A stretch of DNA of 64,000 nucleotides from the human T2T-CHM13v2.0 reference genome, Homo sapiens. Every line of letters begins with the position of its first letter. Position 1 is the stretch's first letter. Shown piece after piece: positions 37,971-51,568 of the stretch. The stretch lies in the NCBI RefSeq assembly GCF_009914755.1, contig NC_060934.1. The stretch is one strand, 5' to 3'. The translations under genes were made by a program, and so were the position numbers. Under the pieces are notes generated by a model. That model was not told the DNA's origin. It searched no databases and was given only the letters and a program-made list of their open reading frames with translations.

Positions 37971-39774
37971 CTGGGCCAGTTATTTTAGATGCCTTCTCTA
38001 TTAAAAAAAATAAGTGATATATAGTGTCTGACACATAGTAGGTGCTCTTTCAATATTAATTTCTTCTTTCTGGGTATTCATCAGATTAGCTGTTATCATT
38101 TTCTAAAATTACTTTGACTGTCTGAATAAATGCTGTCCATGATGCATCTTAAACTACTATCCCCTGTGCCTATGAAATTGCTTGATAAAGGAAATTTTTT
38201 CCAGAGAACAGAGCAAAAAAAGCTTAGAAACTATAATTTTTATAGTTCACACCCCGTGCATGCCAGACATAAAAACCATTTTGAGGAGCTAATTAGTGAT
38301 GTAAAAAAATAAATGAAAAAAATGAAAAATAAAAATGTAACACTAGGTTTTGGCAGCCAAAAGAAAGGTTCTTTTCAATCTAAAAGTGGTCGTCATTCCA
38401 ATTTGTATTGCCTTAATTCATTTCTCAAACAGAGAGGAAAAATTGGTGATTAAGATGTGTAATGGAAAATTTTCAGAGCAAAGTGAGGAGGTGACTGGAG
38501 ACCATATGTTGCCCAAGAACAGAGCCTTCAGCAAACGTTGAAGAAGAACAAATGTGCTGATTTGCATGCTGTCGGCGATTATGTCCTGATGAAAGAATAC
38601 ATCCCATTAGTACTAATGGGCATTATATACACATGCTATTAAAACAACATATAAACTTTCCTGAGACCAAGAGCAAAGGAGACGCCAACAATACATTGCC
38701 AGCAGCAAAAAGAAGAGCAATGTAAGTTGTTGAATCAGAATTTTTCACACATATTCACATTAGAAAAGACCCTATTTCTAATATTAGCAAAGCAAGGACT
38801 CTCCTAGCATCCTATGTTAAAATCAGCCGCCACTGTCAGACACACAGAATCCACTGTGCCTGTAGCAATGAACGAATCTACAAAATTAAGACATAATGGA
38901 CCTTGTTATTTACCTTGATGCATGAAGTTCAACCCAAATGATAAAACTTAACAGTTAAATTATGCAATAAATATAAGCTCAGCACTCACTATAGTATGCA
39001 GTAAACTATGCTGGCACAAACTACTAGGCAAAGTTAAATACAATTCACCGAAGAGTAACTCGGGTAAAGTTTTCAGTGTTAAGAGTGAAAACGTGGCCAC
39101 AGGCTTCCATCAGCCAGTGGTATAAACCCAAGCGGTCCTGGCCCACCAATTCCTCCTAAACCAGTACTCAAAGTCCTTTGTGCTCAGAAGTCCAGAAGTC
39201 AAGCCCAAAGTGGTCAGGTTAAGGTTCTCAGGAAGGCTACCCTTCTTTCTCAGACAAGACCTATGGTGGGCTAGAGAACAAGTTCAGTGACACAAGTCAA
39301 AATGAAGTTGGAGTCAATGTCAGAGGAAGGCTTCACAGGTTTTCTACAGATGTTCTCATACAACTGGACTGGGAAAGTATATACACCAGGTGAGATGGCA
39401 GCAGGTGTCAATAGCTATTTATCCTCGGCCCTGGAGAAGGACACTTCCTGCCTCAGCACTGCCCCAGTGACCTGAGACTCAATGATGTGGCTATAAGGAA
39501 TTGTGACCTAGGGCAAGACCTGTTTGAAGACAGAGCTCATATTGTAGCTGTCTTTGAGTTTCCCATAGTGCCCAACACTTTGCTTTGTGTAGATTACATA
39601 CTCAACACACAGGAATGGTGGGATTATAAAGGTAACTTTACAATTATCTATCCTTTCCTTTTATCAGTCACTGTTCCTTTTCCTACAAGTTCCCAGTACC
39701 CTCAAAAATGCCACTTCGAGGGTCTACCAAAGCTGACGAGCCAATCAGACCCAAGTTCAATCACATTTCCACTA

Positions 39775-39990
39775 CCTGATAACAGCAAACACTTCTACCA
39801 TGCCAAATATGTGCCAGACACTATTCTAAATACTTCTGTATACAAACTCCTTTAATCCTCACAATAACCTATAGATAGATACTATTATCATTCCTGCATA
39901 CAGGAATGAAGACACTAAGGCACAAAGACAGATGTTTAGTCTCTTGTCCAAAGTCACAAAGCTAGCACTCTGGACCTGGATTCAAACCTC
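39775..39990 (-). mobile_element. MIR
   Basis: tttaatcctcacaataacctat...ccaaagtcacaaagctag. Confidence 0.8.
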
Positions 39991-40044
39991 ATTTCTAACA
40001 CTTATTAGCTGTATGGCTTTACCTGACCTTGTTTGCTTCTATGC

Positions 40045-40370
40045 CTTCATTCAACAAGTATATAATGAATGCAGACTCTGTGTTAGGAATTGTTCTCAGC
40101 ATAGGAGATAAAGTGATGAATGGGACAAAGATACCCCTTTTCCATGGTTGGAGACTAATCAAAGCCATAGATAACATGCTATAAACAAAATTATTTTATG
40201 TAAGAACAATAAAAATAAAGGTGATGTGATAGAGCAGTGAGGGAAAGCCCTTTGTTAAGGTGGTCAAAAAAGTTCTCTCTGGAGTCATAGCAAATAACCT
40301 TAAAATCAAATGATAAGCCAGCCAACCTATTGGCCAAAGGCCAAGATTTCACAATAAGAAGACACTTGGT
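40045..40370 (-). mobile_element. L2 fragment
   Basis: ttcattcaacaagtatataatgaatgc antisense 3' end. Confidence 0.7.
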
Positions 40371-40399
40371 TGCTAGTGCCATTTTTACGGAGAATGCTT

Positions 40400-42030
40400 G
40401 TAGGTGAGGGTTAACATGTGATGCAAAGGTCTTCAGGCATACTGTCCCTTTCTACAAGTCCGCTGACATACTTCTTCCCCAGATCTTGTCCTCCAGCCTC
40501 TAATCTTCCTGCTCCGAGGCCTCTGTCCAACCAATCCAAGCATCTGCTGCTGATAATGTGTCTGCGTGTATTCTTACCTTGGGCCACTTCTTTTCTTACA
40601 CGAAGTGGAAGAGCAAGTGTAGCCCATGAAGCTCTGCCCATTGAGATGATCTCACCTCACTATTCCCTTTCACAGGGTAGGACTGTACAGCATCAGCAGT
40701 CCATTCTAGGCTTCCACTCACATACTGAGCTGACCAATCTGGCTTTTCTTCTCCACAGTTTCCTCCTCTGTCAACTGATTATAAGGAACCCTTCATGTGG
40801 CTATAAGTGTGTGCTGAGAAAGAGGGCCTAGAGCCAAAGTGGAGGATGGCATAAGGGTCTGGACACCCTTTGTGCAGCTTACTTGTGTCTTCTGACTCTG
40901 TTCATGGCCAATGCCAGGTGATGATGATAGTGATGATGGTGGTGATGACCATGATGGGTCTACCCATTCTTAGTAGATCTGAAAGAATCTAGATCATAAT
41001 AAGCAACTCTGGCCACAAAGCTGTTTGATGGTACAAAGTCAGACGGCCTGTCCACTCAGGGAATAATAGCATGCCAAGAGCCACTTTTGGAAAGCTAATA
41101 TAGCTCTCTTTTGCAGATGGTATGGCATTACCCTAGAATCCTAGAGGTCTACATTGTCATCTTCCTATTGGGGCTTGACATAAACCCCACATAGAGTCCT
41201 TTCCACCATACAGACTTATAGTACCATAAGACCTACCAGGTCTAATGGTCCAAGTGGCAGGGCTGGTTGCACTACAGATTGGATCTGCCATAGAGCTCTT
41301 TCCTGGTCTTGATGCTACTCAGAACTGGCAGTATTTCATGTCATATATAAATGGATTGAGGCAGTATTGTCAAAGGTGAAATATTCTGCCCCAGAGCCCA
41401 AAAAAGCCTAACTAAAATCTGTTGTTATTTCTTAGTCGTAGAGGGAAGTGATTAAACAGATTTCCTTTTCTTTGGAGGGGATGACTCAGCATAATCTAGA
41501 CAACATGAACTCTAAAACTTTCATCAGTGTCACCAGCTTTCATCTATGTACTCCTAGTGTTTAACTTCCACCCTCTGAAGCACATGTATCTTACCAAAAC
41601 CTCCAGTTAATTGCTATCTCTTGCTTATCTGATCCAAAGAATATGATGTCCTCAATGTAAAGGACCAAGGTGATGCTCTGTGCAATGTCCCTAGGATGTA
41701 GATCCCTTCAGACTATTAGATGACAATAAAAAGAAAAAACAACAAATCCCTAGGGAAAAAATGTCCATTCCACATAAATGAGAATGCTTCTGATATTTCT
41801 TATTGATAGAGATGGGAAAAATGCACTCATCAGCTCAATAGCCACACACTGGTCTACATATCTGAAACTATGTTAACCTACTCTAGCAAAGATACAATAT
41901 CCAGCATAGCAACCACAATTGGGATCACTACTTGTCTGAAGCTACAGTGGTCTACTGTCAACCACCAGAATCCATCAGATTTTTGGTGGGAGTCAGACTG
42001 GTGAATTAAAAAAATGCTATGATGGAGATT
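40400..42030 (-). mobile_element. Degenerate ERVL-class pol (RT to RNase H), probably LTR16-associated (HERV16/ERV3-16A3-like) internal region
   Basis: Minus-strand translation gives KSDGFWWLTVDH...IVSLLE, VAIELMSAFF (motif A), ITLVLYIEDII (YIDD-like, 41648-41659) and RNase H-like PYNQLTEEE...SSQWAEL; many stops and frameshifts. Confidence 0.8.
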
Positions 42031-42034
42031 ATCA

Positions 42035-44246
42035 AACCTACATCCACCCAGCCATAAAGATGAGTGTGCCCAGAAACATTCCATCATCAAATGGCAGTGG
42101 TACATATGTGATCAGGGCCCCAGCAGGCCCGAACACACAAATGAGTTACATGAAGAAGCGGCCCAAACGCCCATGGTCCCCACTGCTGCTACAGCTACAC
42201 TGCCCTCTGTTTCTTAGCCTGCACTGAGATGGTCACATGAGGAGTTTTCTGTAGTCAGCTGACAGAGGAAGAGAACACTCAAGCCAGACTTACAGATGGT
42301 TCTGCATGAAATGCAGGAACCATTCAAAAGTACACTACTATACCACTGCAGTCCCTTTCTGGAACATACCTGAACACAGTGTTGAAAGAAAATGCTCTCA
42401 GTAGACAGAACTGTAGGCAGTGCATCTGGTTGTGCACTTTGCTTAGAAGGAGAAATGGCCAAAGACATGATTCTATACCAATCCATGGGCTGTAGCCAGT
42501 GTTTTGGCTGGATGGTCAGGGACCTGGAAGAAACATGACTGCAAAATTGGTGACAAAGAAATATGGAGAAAGGGTATGTGGATAAATGACTCTGAATGAG
42601 CAGAAAAGTGAAGATATTTGTGTTCCATGTTAATATTCAACAAAAGTGGATAAAATACTGGTCAGCCTCTCTTGTCATCACCCAGTAGGTTCATGAATAA
42701 GGTGGCCACAGTAGCAAGGATGGACTTTATGGCCGGGCTCAGAAACAGGAACTTCCACTCAGCAAAGCTAACTTGCCTGTGGCCACCACCGAGTACCTAA
42801 TCTGCCAACAGCAAAGACCAACAGCGAGTCCCTGATATGGCACCATTCCCCAGGGTGATCAGCCAGCTACCTGGTAGCAGGTTGATTACACTGACTTGCT
42901 TCCATTATGAAGGGGGCTATGTTTTGTTCTTATTAGAATAGATATTTACTTTGAATATGGATTTGCCTTCCCTGAATGCAACGCTTCTGACAAAACTACT
43001 ATCCATAAGCTTACAGAATTCCTTATACGCCATCATGATATTCCACACAACATTGCCTCTGATCAAGGAACTCACTTCACTGCAAAAGGAGTGTGGCAAT
43101 GGCCCTATGCTCATGGAATTCACTGCTTTTTTCATGTTCTCCACCAGCCTGAAGCAGTTGGCTTGATAGATTCTCTGAATAAGTATCCAGTATATGGTTC
43201 TGTGTCTCCCATATCCAGGATTAATGGGTCCAGGAATCAAACGGTGAAGGTGGGGTGGTACCAGTCACCACTACCCTAAGGACTCACTAACAAAATTGTT
43301 GCTTCCTATTCCCATAACTTTATGCCCTGCTGGTTCAGAGGTCTTAGTCGCTGACCTCCACTGGCCCAGAGGTCAGAGGAATGCCTCTAGCAGGAGACAC
43401 AATAATGATTCCATTAAACTAGAAGTTAAGATTGCCACCCGGCCACTTTGGGTTCCTTGTGCCTCTGAATCAACAGGGAAAGAAGGGAGTTACACTGTTG
43501 GCAGGGGTGATTGATCCTGATTACCAAGGGTAAATTGGGATATTATTCCACAATGCAGGTGAGGAAGAGTTTGTCTGAAATGCAGGATTTCCCTTAGGGC
43601 ATCTCTTAGTATTATCATGTCCTGTGATTAATTAAGGTCAATGGAAAACCACAACAAACCAATCCAGGCAAGACTACTAATGGTCCAGACCCTTCAGGAA
43701 TGAAAGTTTGTGTAACTCTTCCCTAAGTATCCCAGGTAAAGAACCACAATCAGCAGAGATGCTTGCTGAAAGCAAAGAGAATACCGAATGAGTGACAGAA
43801 GTCAGTTATAAATAGTAGCTATGACCATATATATGACCAGTTACAGGGGCAAGGACTGTAATTGTCATAAAGATTTCTTCTTTATTCATTATGAGGAATT
43901 TTTATTCATACACATTTATGTGTATATATACATACATTAAGCAAGTATCCTTGCTTTCTTTCCTCTTATGTTATCATGTAATATAAGTTATGTTGACTTT
44001 ATGTCAGTATATAAGTATTGTTAATTTTACATCACAGTATTTAAGTTATGGAATATCAGCAGAAGAGTAAACACTATTCAAGGACTTTACCTCATCTTCT
44101 AGGGAAGGGATTAGTAGGTTTTCAGTTGTACACAGAGTTAGTTTTATCACATTAAACAGAATTATGACCTTGTTATTGTCTCTGTGGGGAGATGAAGTGT
44201 TGTTTAAGGCAATGTATATGGGTGCCAAGTTGATAAAAGGTGAATT
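42035..44246 (+). mobile_element. 5'-truncated HERV-L internal segment: tether/RNase H, integrase, dUTPase, 3' region
   Basis: QLTEEENTQARLTDGSA (RNase H); ICQQQRP, QVDY, IASDQGTHFTAKGVWQW (integrase); LRLPPGHFG...GVIDPDYQG (dUTPase motif III, ~43426-43560); disrupted frames. Confidence 0.9.
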
Positions 44247-44602
44247 TGTGATGGTTAATTTTTATGTGTCAACTTGACTGAGCTAAAAGATGCCCAGATA
44301 GCTGGTAAAATATTATTTCTGGGTATGTCTATGAGAGTGCTTCTGGAAGAGACTAGTATTTGAATTGGCAGGCTGAGCAAAGAAGATCCCCTTCTCCGAG
44401 TAGACATCATCCAATACATTGAGGGCCTCAATAGGACAAAAGGCAGAGGAAGAGCAAATTTGCTCTCTGCTTAAGCTGAGACATCCATCTTCTCCTGCTC
44501 TCAGACATCAGTGCTCCTAACGCCCAGGCCTATGGACTCAGACAGGGACTGATACCATTGGCTCCATTGGTTCTGTTTCTCTGGATCACCCTGACTAATA
44601 CA
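44247..44602 (+). mobile_element. MLT2-family 3' LTR (internally deleted)
   Basis: Starts tgtgatggttaatttttatgtgtcaacttgactg, ends ttggttctgtttctctggatcaccctgactaataca; purine tract upstream. Confidence 0.92.
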
Positions 44603-45035
44603 ATTGGAGATGAAATAAATGCACTAACCAGATCAATGACCACACACTGGTGTATGTATCCAAGGCCACATCAGTGCTCACTTCACTAGCATATTCCTTA
44701 TTACTTTGGTGAGAACGTTCTCCTGGCCCGTCTATGGAAAATGGTCAACTAAACATTTTTCTGGCCTTATCTTATATAAATATTCCAGCAGGGCTCCTTC
44801 TCTGAGCCTTCTGATGGCTTCACCATCTACCTGGGCAGTTCTGATAGTTCTACTTCATTTGGTGTGGGTCATTGCATTCTCCAAGTTTCCAAGAGCCATT
44901 CTAGCACTGTCTCCTGGGGTCTTTGCCAAAGTGCTAAAATTGTGTGTCCAGGGAAAAATGCTCTCATATTGGGTAAATTCTCCATTATCCAACTTTATAT
45001 TTCTGTCCCTTGGTTCAGCACCTTCAGAAGCCAGA
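44603..45035 (-). mobile_element. ERVL-class internal fragment: gag remnant plus short RT motif-A piece
   Basis: RNIKLDNGEF resembles ERV-L gag RNIKLDQAEF; VVIDLVSAFISS at 44607-44660. Confidence 0.75.
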
Positions 45036-45044
45036 ATAGCTTGG

Positions 45045-45415
45045 GTAACTATTCTATCAAATAGACTCTGAGATGGTGATATACATACAAAATGTTTATT
45101 GGTGTGCGCTCTCAGGAACAATGCCTGTAAGAAGGTAAGGCAAGCAGGATTCAGCACAGGAAAAAGTTTAACTGATGTACTTGCAACAGAAACTTCAGCT
45201 GACTCCATGGGGAGGACTGGAGCCAGAATGGCTCTTCAGAGCTGCTTTTGAACCCCTTTGCTGACAGTTCCTAAATGGAGACTGCCCCTGGACAAAGGGC
45301 ACACCATGAACAAGGCAATTCCCTTCCACCAAGGCAATTCCTGAAGAACAGGTTACACTCCCAGCAGCTGGAGGCATGAAGAGGGAATCAGCATTAGAGA
45401 GCCCATTAGACACAA
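45045..45415 (-). mobile_element. LTR16C-like LTR (5' LTR of the minus-strand provirus)
   Basis: ctctgagatgg...tgtttattgg...gcaagcaggatt...ttgcaacaga...actcccagcagctgg matches recalled antisense LTR16C. Confidence 0.75.
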
Positions 45416-45974
45416 ACCTTTGTAATAAAATGAAAACCTTCCAAAGCCTAAGTTAGCAACTTCACCTTTAGGAGAAAAGCAGATACTAAGAATTCCAAAG
45501 GGCAAAGACCCCAAATTTTAAGTTATGAGGGTAAAATATTGGAAAGAATTGTAAATACTTCATGTGTCTCTATAAAATAATGAACTTTCCTTTAAAAAGG
45601 TTAATTGCTCAAAGAACAGTGTTTCTGTGGCTTCCACAGTACTGCAGCTTTCACAGACAATGCAAGCAGACACGTGCTATTTTGGGACCGGTTGTACCAA
45701 GAACAAAAGCAGAGTTCACTATATGGCTCAAAGTGGGTTGTTTATATGTTATCACATGCCCAGTCATTCCTGGCTTTATGTTTTCCTACATACTTAGTGA
45801 CTATCCTTATGGAACAGAAGACTTTATGAAAGTAGCTCCCAGCATGGCAAAATGAAAAATACTTTGGCATCAGAGAAAGGAGACCTGGGTTTATTCCCCA
45901 GCTGTCTAACTAGCAGTGTAACCTCAGATAGGTCACTTGCCCTCTTTTGGCCTCAATTTGTCTCCAAAATTGGG

Positions 45975-46168
45975 TCAGATATTGAAAATACATGGCTATG
46001 ACATACTTCTTACCCTTCTCACTTGTGGCAGACATTGCTAATGCATGAAGGTACTCTTTTAGGCTAAACCTAGATATGAAACTTAGAATCCTCTCAACAA
46101 AGTGCTCCAGGAAATCACTACTGACTAATCCGTGTTGACAATGCCATGAAACCTACACCATGATCTGG
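45975..46168 (-). mobile_element. hAT-type MITE (MER117-like)
   Basis: tgtggcagacattgctaat...agaatcctctcaaca...atgaaaccta; homologous copy in opposite orientation at 61974-62158. Confidence 0.55.
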
Positions 46169-47244
46169 AATGAAAGTTCCCTTCTCGCATCCACAGGCTA
46201 CAATTCCATGCGCAGAGCCATGCATGAAGACTCACAAGCCAGGGTAGCTCCAGCAACTCTTGTGTATACACACCCTAGGACCCCTTGTCAGCAGTAAGAT
46301 CACGGAGACACTCAGCAGCTGAGGCAGAAGTTCTAGACCGTATTTCCACTTTCTCCAATGCCCTTCATCCTCTCTGCCTCTTGGTAGGCTATGGCCAGGG
46401 AGTTCATCCATAGCTTAGGTTCCAGCCCCATCCATCCCTAACTTGACCCAGTAGGGAACCTCTAGATTGAGGTAACCCTAGGGCACGTCAAACAATCACA
46501 CAGGATCAGACTATCACCCAAAAAGCTGATCTTAGGATGTGTCATCACATTAGTGCAAATTAGCTCTGATTTTTCTGTGTCATTAATAACAATTTTGCTG
46601 TACAGAAAGAAAACCTTTTATTTCCACAAGCATCACAAAGACCCACGAACCCTACCTTCCTACCCTCACAATTTCATGAGGGCCACTTTCCTCCTCTCCC
46701 AACAAACAAACACAAGTAAGAATCTAACTGATCTATTGTGAGCAAAATAATAGTCCTCTTGCTTAGACAATTTGAGCTCCCATCATCCCCAAAGCTTTAT
46801 TTCTCCTCCTAACCCTCCTCCCCTCATACCACTTCTCTCCTCTGTCTTTAAGTAGCTCATTCTGCATAATGAGGGTCTTTGCAAGGCAAATTCTGTGGTT
46901 TCTAAAAAGAATCTAGTGTCCTCATTAGGGTCAATTTTTTAAGGCCCTTCAACTATTTTGAAAATGTTAACTCTGTCCTTGTTCCTTGATTCATTAGTAA
47001 TGCTGCCAGATCCAATGTATCATTCAATAAGTCCAACCGCTTGTCAAAAATAGTAACTGAATTCCCTATATTGCCAATTCAAAATTTGATCTCCCAAAGC
47101 CCAAATACAAAAATACATTAAGCTCCACTGTGTTCAAATTTCATTTGGAGATTATTTGCTGATAGCTGCCAGTTCCCAGGACCCTAAGTCCTAAAATGAA
47201 GCCGGAGTTAATATCTCATTAGGTAAAAAGTATGACAGGATATG

Positions 47245-47385
47245 GACTTTCAGGGATGGGAAGAGCTCAAAAATCATGTAGTCCAACCTCCTTGTTTTAC
47301 AAACAGGGAAACTATGCTCAGGAAGGCTAAGTGACTTACTCAGGGTCACACAGCAAATTAGTGACATGGCAGAAATTAGAACCCT
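47245..47385 (-). mobile_element. MIR
   Basis: ttttacaaacagggaaact...aagtgacttactcagggtcacacagc. Confidence 0.8.
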
Positions 47386-47521
47386 TGCCTTATGGGGACC
47401 CACACACACATATAGACACATGCCCATCATCTTTTGTTATTCCAGATAGTTATGAGGCACCATCTTTTGGGGAATCTAAGGGACAAATGGAGCCAAATTT
47501 CTAACACTACCTCTCCTCTGG

Positions 47522-47741
47522 AGATATGGTTAGACTTTGTGCCCGCACCCAAACCTCATCTTGAATTGTAATCCCCATAATCCCCGTGAGTCAAGGAAGA
47601 GACCAGGTGGAGGTCATTGGATCATGGGGGAGGTTCTCCCATGCTGTTCTCATGATAATGGTGATCTCAGGAGATCTGATAGTTTGATTAGGGGCTCTTC
47701 CCCCTTCACTTGGCACTTCTCCTTCCTGCTGCCTCGTGAAG
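47522..47741 (+). mobile_element. THE1/MST LTR 5' half
   Basis: gatatggtt...ctcatcttgaattgtaatccccataatcccc...tggatcatggggg...catgctgttctcatgata. Confidence 0.9.
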
Positions 47742-48010
47742 TGAATTTCACTTCTAGGTATATACCCAAGAGAAATGAAAACATATGCCCTTGCAAAAAC
47801 TTGTACACAAATGTTCATAGCAGCTTTACTCATAATACCCAATAAATGGAAACAACCTAATGTTCATCAGCTGATAATGGATAAATAAAATATAACATAT
47901 CTATACTACAGAATATTGTTAGACAATTTAAAGAAATACTGATACATGCTATAACATGGATAAACATTGAAAACATTATGCTAAGTGAAAGAAGCCAGTC
48001 ACAGGGATAA

Positions 48011-48399
<389 letters not shown>

Positions 48400-48507
48400 T
48401 AGGACTAAGGGGGCAGGGAAGGTTAGGGAGAAATAAGACATGACTGCCAATGGTAATGGAGTTTCTTTTTAGAAGTGATGAAAATACTATAAAATTTATT
48501 GTGGTGA

Positions 48508-48915
<408 letters not shown>

Positions 48916-48919
48916 TCAG

Positions 48920-50870
48920 TCTATCATTTGGGCTGCTTTGGTAAAACTATAGAGTTTCAAGGTCAGAAGCATGAAAACCAACTAGGAGGCTGTTGCAAAA
49001 ACCAAGTGTGAGGTGATGGTGACTTGGACCAAAAAGTGAGTGGTGAAGGTGGAAAGTGTCATTGAGTTTTGTGTTCCTTTTGAAGGATGAGTCAACATCT
49101 TTCCTTTCTCAGAAACTGACCATAAAAATATGAGTTAGAGGTAAATGTCAGGTTTGAGGTCTGAGCAATTGATAGTGAAAGTTCCCATGTACTGTGAAAA
49201 GGACATTGCTGGCTGGGTTCAGCGGCCCATACTTGTAATCCCAGCACTTTGGGAGGTTGAGATGGGAAGACTGCTTGAGCCCAGGAGTGCAAGACCAGCC
49301 TGGGCAACATAGAGAGACCCCGCCTCTGCGAAAAATAGAAAAATTAGCCAGGCATGGTGGCATGTGCCTATAGTCCTAGCTACTCAGGAGGCTGAGGTGG
49401 GAAGATCACTAAGCCCAGGAGTTTGAAGTTGCAGTGAGCTATAATCAAGCCACTGCACCGCAGCCTGAGTGACAGAGCAAGACCCTGTCTCTAAAAGAAT
49501 ACATATAAAACAGAAAAAGGACATTGCTGGAAGAAAAAAATTACTGGTGGGACAGGAGACCTGGAGTTTCATCTTGGCTGTGTTAAACCGAAGACCCTGT
49601 TCACCACCTAAGTGGAGTTGTCAAGCGGGCACCTCAATCTGGCATTCAAGGGAAAGATGAAAACTGAAAGATAAAAACAGGTATGATCAGCAGGTAGGTA
49701 CTTTGAACCCTGAGAAAGGTGCCACACTCACCTACCAAGTGAGGGTAGGTATAAAAGATAAGAATTCCAGGGACTGAGTCTAGGAATATGGTAACATTTA
49801 GGTGTTTGGGAAATGAAGAGAAACCATTAAAGGAGTTGCAAACGGAGTGGCTATTGAGATGGGGGGAAAATGGGTAAGTATAGAGTCTTAGCACCAAAGG
49901 AAAAAAAATGTTTCAATGATGAGGAAGTAATCATTTGTGTCAAGTGCTTCTAATATGTCAAGTAAGATGAGGACTGAGAATACTCCAATGGACTTAGTAG
50001 TTTGGAGACCATTGTGTGACATTCACAGTATCAGTCTTAGTGGAGTGTTGGGGGCAGAAGACTGATTCAAGTGACTTCAAGAGAGAATGAAAGGAGAGAG
50101 ATTGGATAAAAACATAAAGACAATTTGTTCTACTCGTTTTCTTGTAAAGAAGATCTGAGAAACGGAGTGGCAGCTGGAAGAGGTGTGTGTCAGGAGAGGT
50201 TCTTTTTCTTTGAGATGTGAAAAATCACAGCATGTTCGTATGCTAATGGGAAATATCTAGGAAACAAATAAACAGGGAGATTAACGATACCAGAAAGAAG
50301 GAAACAGCCCAAGAACCAAATCTTGAATAGGGAGAAGAGCTGAGGTCTGGTGGCCAGTAGGAGGGGCTGGCCTTAGACAGGCATGTGGAAGAGGCCAGTG
50401 AGCCCAACAGCACAGATTCGGGAAGGTGTGGAAATTGGAACATGTAGACATCTTTTGATTACTTCTGTGTGAAACAGGAAGCAAAATCATTAGCTGAGAG
50501 TGGAGAGCAGAAGAGGAGGGAAAGGGATACTAGAATTTCGAGGAGGATTTGTTCATAGTAAAGGAAGGGAAAAACTAGACCGGGCAGTTCTGGCAGCCCT
50601 AGGGGTTATTAATTAAGGTGTGATGTTCAGCATGCGTGTTTTCTCCCGCCACATTGAACTGCACAGGAACAAGCAGAGAGTGTAATTTAATCCAGGTTGG
50701 GGTCTTCCAGAGGAAAATAATGAAGAGAGAGAGGGTGAACTAGTTGATGGAATGCAATAAAGTGATGATAATGATGGTCCAAGGAGTCTAGGCTGGGTAG
50801 AGAGTAAACCAAGAACCTTGAGGAGAGGAGGGACAGTGAAAAGATGATAGGAAAGTGTGGGTCTCGGTGG
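48920..50870 (-). mobile_element. Long L2 fragment, interrupted by AluJ
   Basis: ctaggaggctgttgca...gaggtgatggtgacttggacc; gtcaagtaagatgaggactgagaa; purine-rich antisense body. Confidence 0.8.
49211..49514 (+). mobile_element. AluJ with 14-bp TSD
   Basis: TSD aaaaggacattgct at 49197-49210 and 49515-49528. Confidence 0.93.
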
Positions 50871-50977
50871 GGAAGAGATGCAGAGAGCTTGAGGAGGGAG
50901 GAGCACATTACATCATTATCAACTATTACCACCTCTGCCTGAATTCATTTACAGGCATTTGTTACATTGAATTAAAT

Positions 50978-51095
50978 ATTTTTTTAGAGACAGGCTCTCA
51001 TCATGTTTTCCAGGCTGGTCTCAAACCCCTGGGCTCAAGTTATCCTCCTGCCTCAGCCTCCCAAGTGGCTGGGACTATAGATGCATGCCACTGCA
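50978..51095 (-). mobile_element. Alu monomer (FLAM-like)
   Basis: tagagacaggctctca...caggctggtctcaaacccctgggctcaag single arm. Confidence 0.8.
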
Positions 51096-51144
51096 AAAAC
51101 TGGATTCAATTTTAATGGATTAATACTGCCGGCAAAGTAACATT

Positions 51145-51568
51145 GTATGCTAGTTTCCTGGCACTGCCATAGCTGGGTGGCTGAAACAACAGAAATTTAT
51201 TGTTTGAGTTCTGGAGGCTAAAAGTCTTGAATGAAAATGCTGACAGGGTTGATTCCTTCTGACCATTTTAAGAGAATCTGTTCCAGGCTTCCCTCTCAGC
51301 TTCTGGTAGCCTCGGACATCCATGACTTGTGGATGGCATTCTCCCCATGTCTTCACAGTCTTCCCTCTATGCATGTTTGTCTCTGTGTCCAAATTTCTCC
51401 TTTTTATAAGGAGAGCAGTCATGACAGGTTAGGGCCCACCCTAATAACCTCATTTTAACTTGGTTAACTCTGTAAAGGCTCTATATCCAAATAAGATCAC
51501 ATTCTGAGGTGCTGGGAGCTTAGTCTTCAACATGTCTGTTTTGAGGCACACAGTTCAACCCATAACAC
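51145..51568 (-). mobile_element. MaLR solo LTR (MLT1B/C-like)
   Basis: aaacaacagaaatttattg...ttctggaggct; ends cacagttcaacccataaca. Confidence 0.88.

Noticed and set aside
45013-45033. REST/RE1-like site ttcagcacc
   Set aside because: Only the left half matches, the GGACAG right half is absent, and it lies within ERV gag sequence.
42035-45208. Domesticated ERV-L gene (Fv1-like gag, dUTPase or integrase)
   Set aside because: All frames carry stops or frameshifts (e.g. TAA right after DPDYQG); no intact long ORF.
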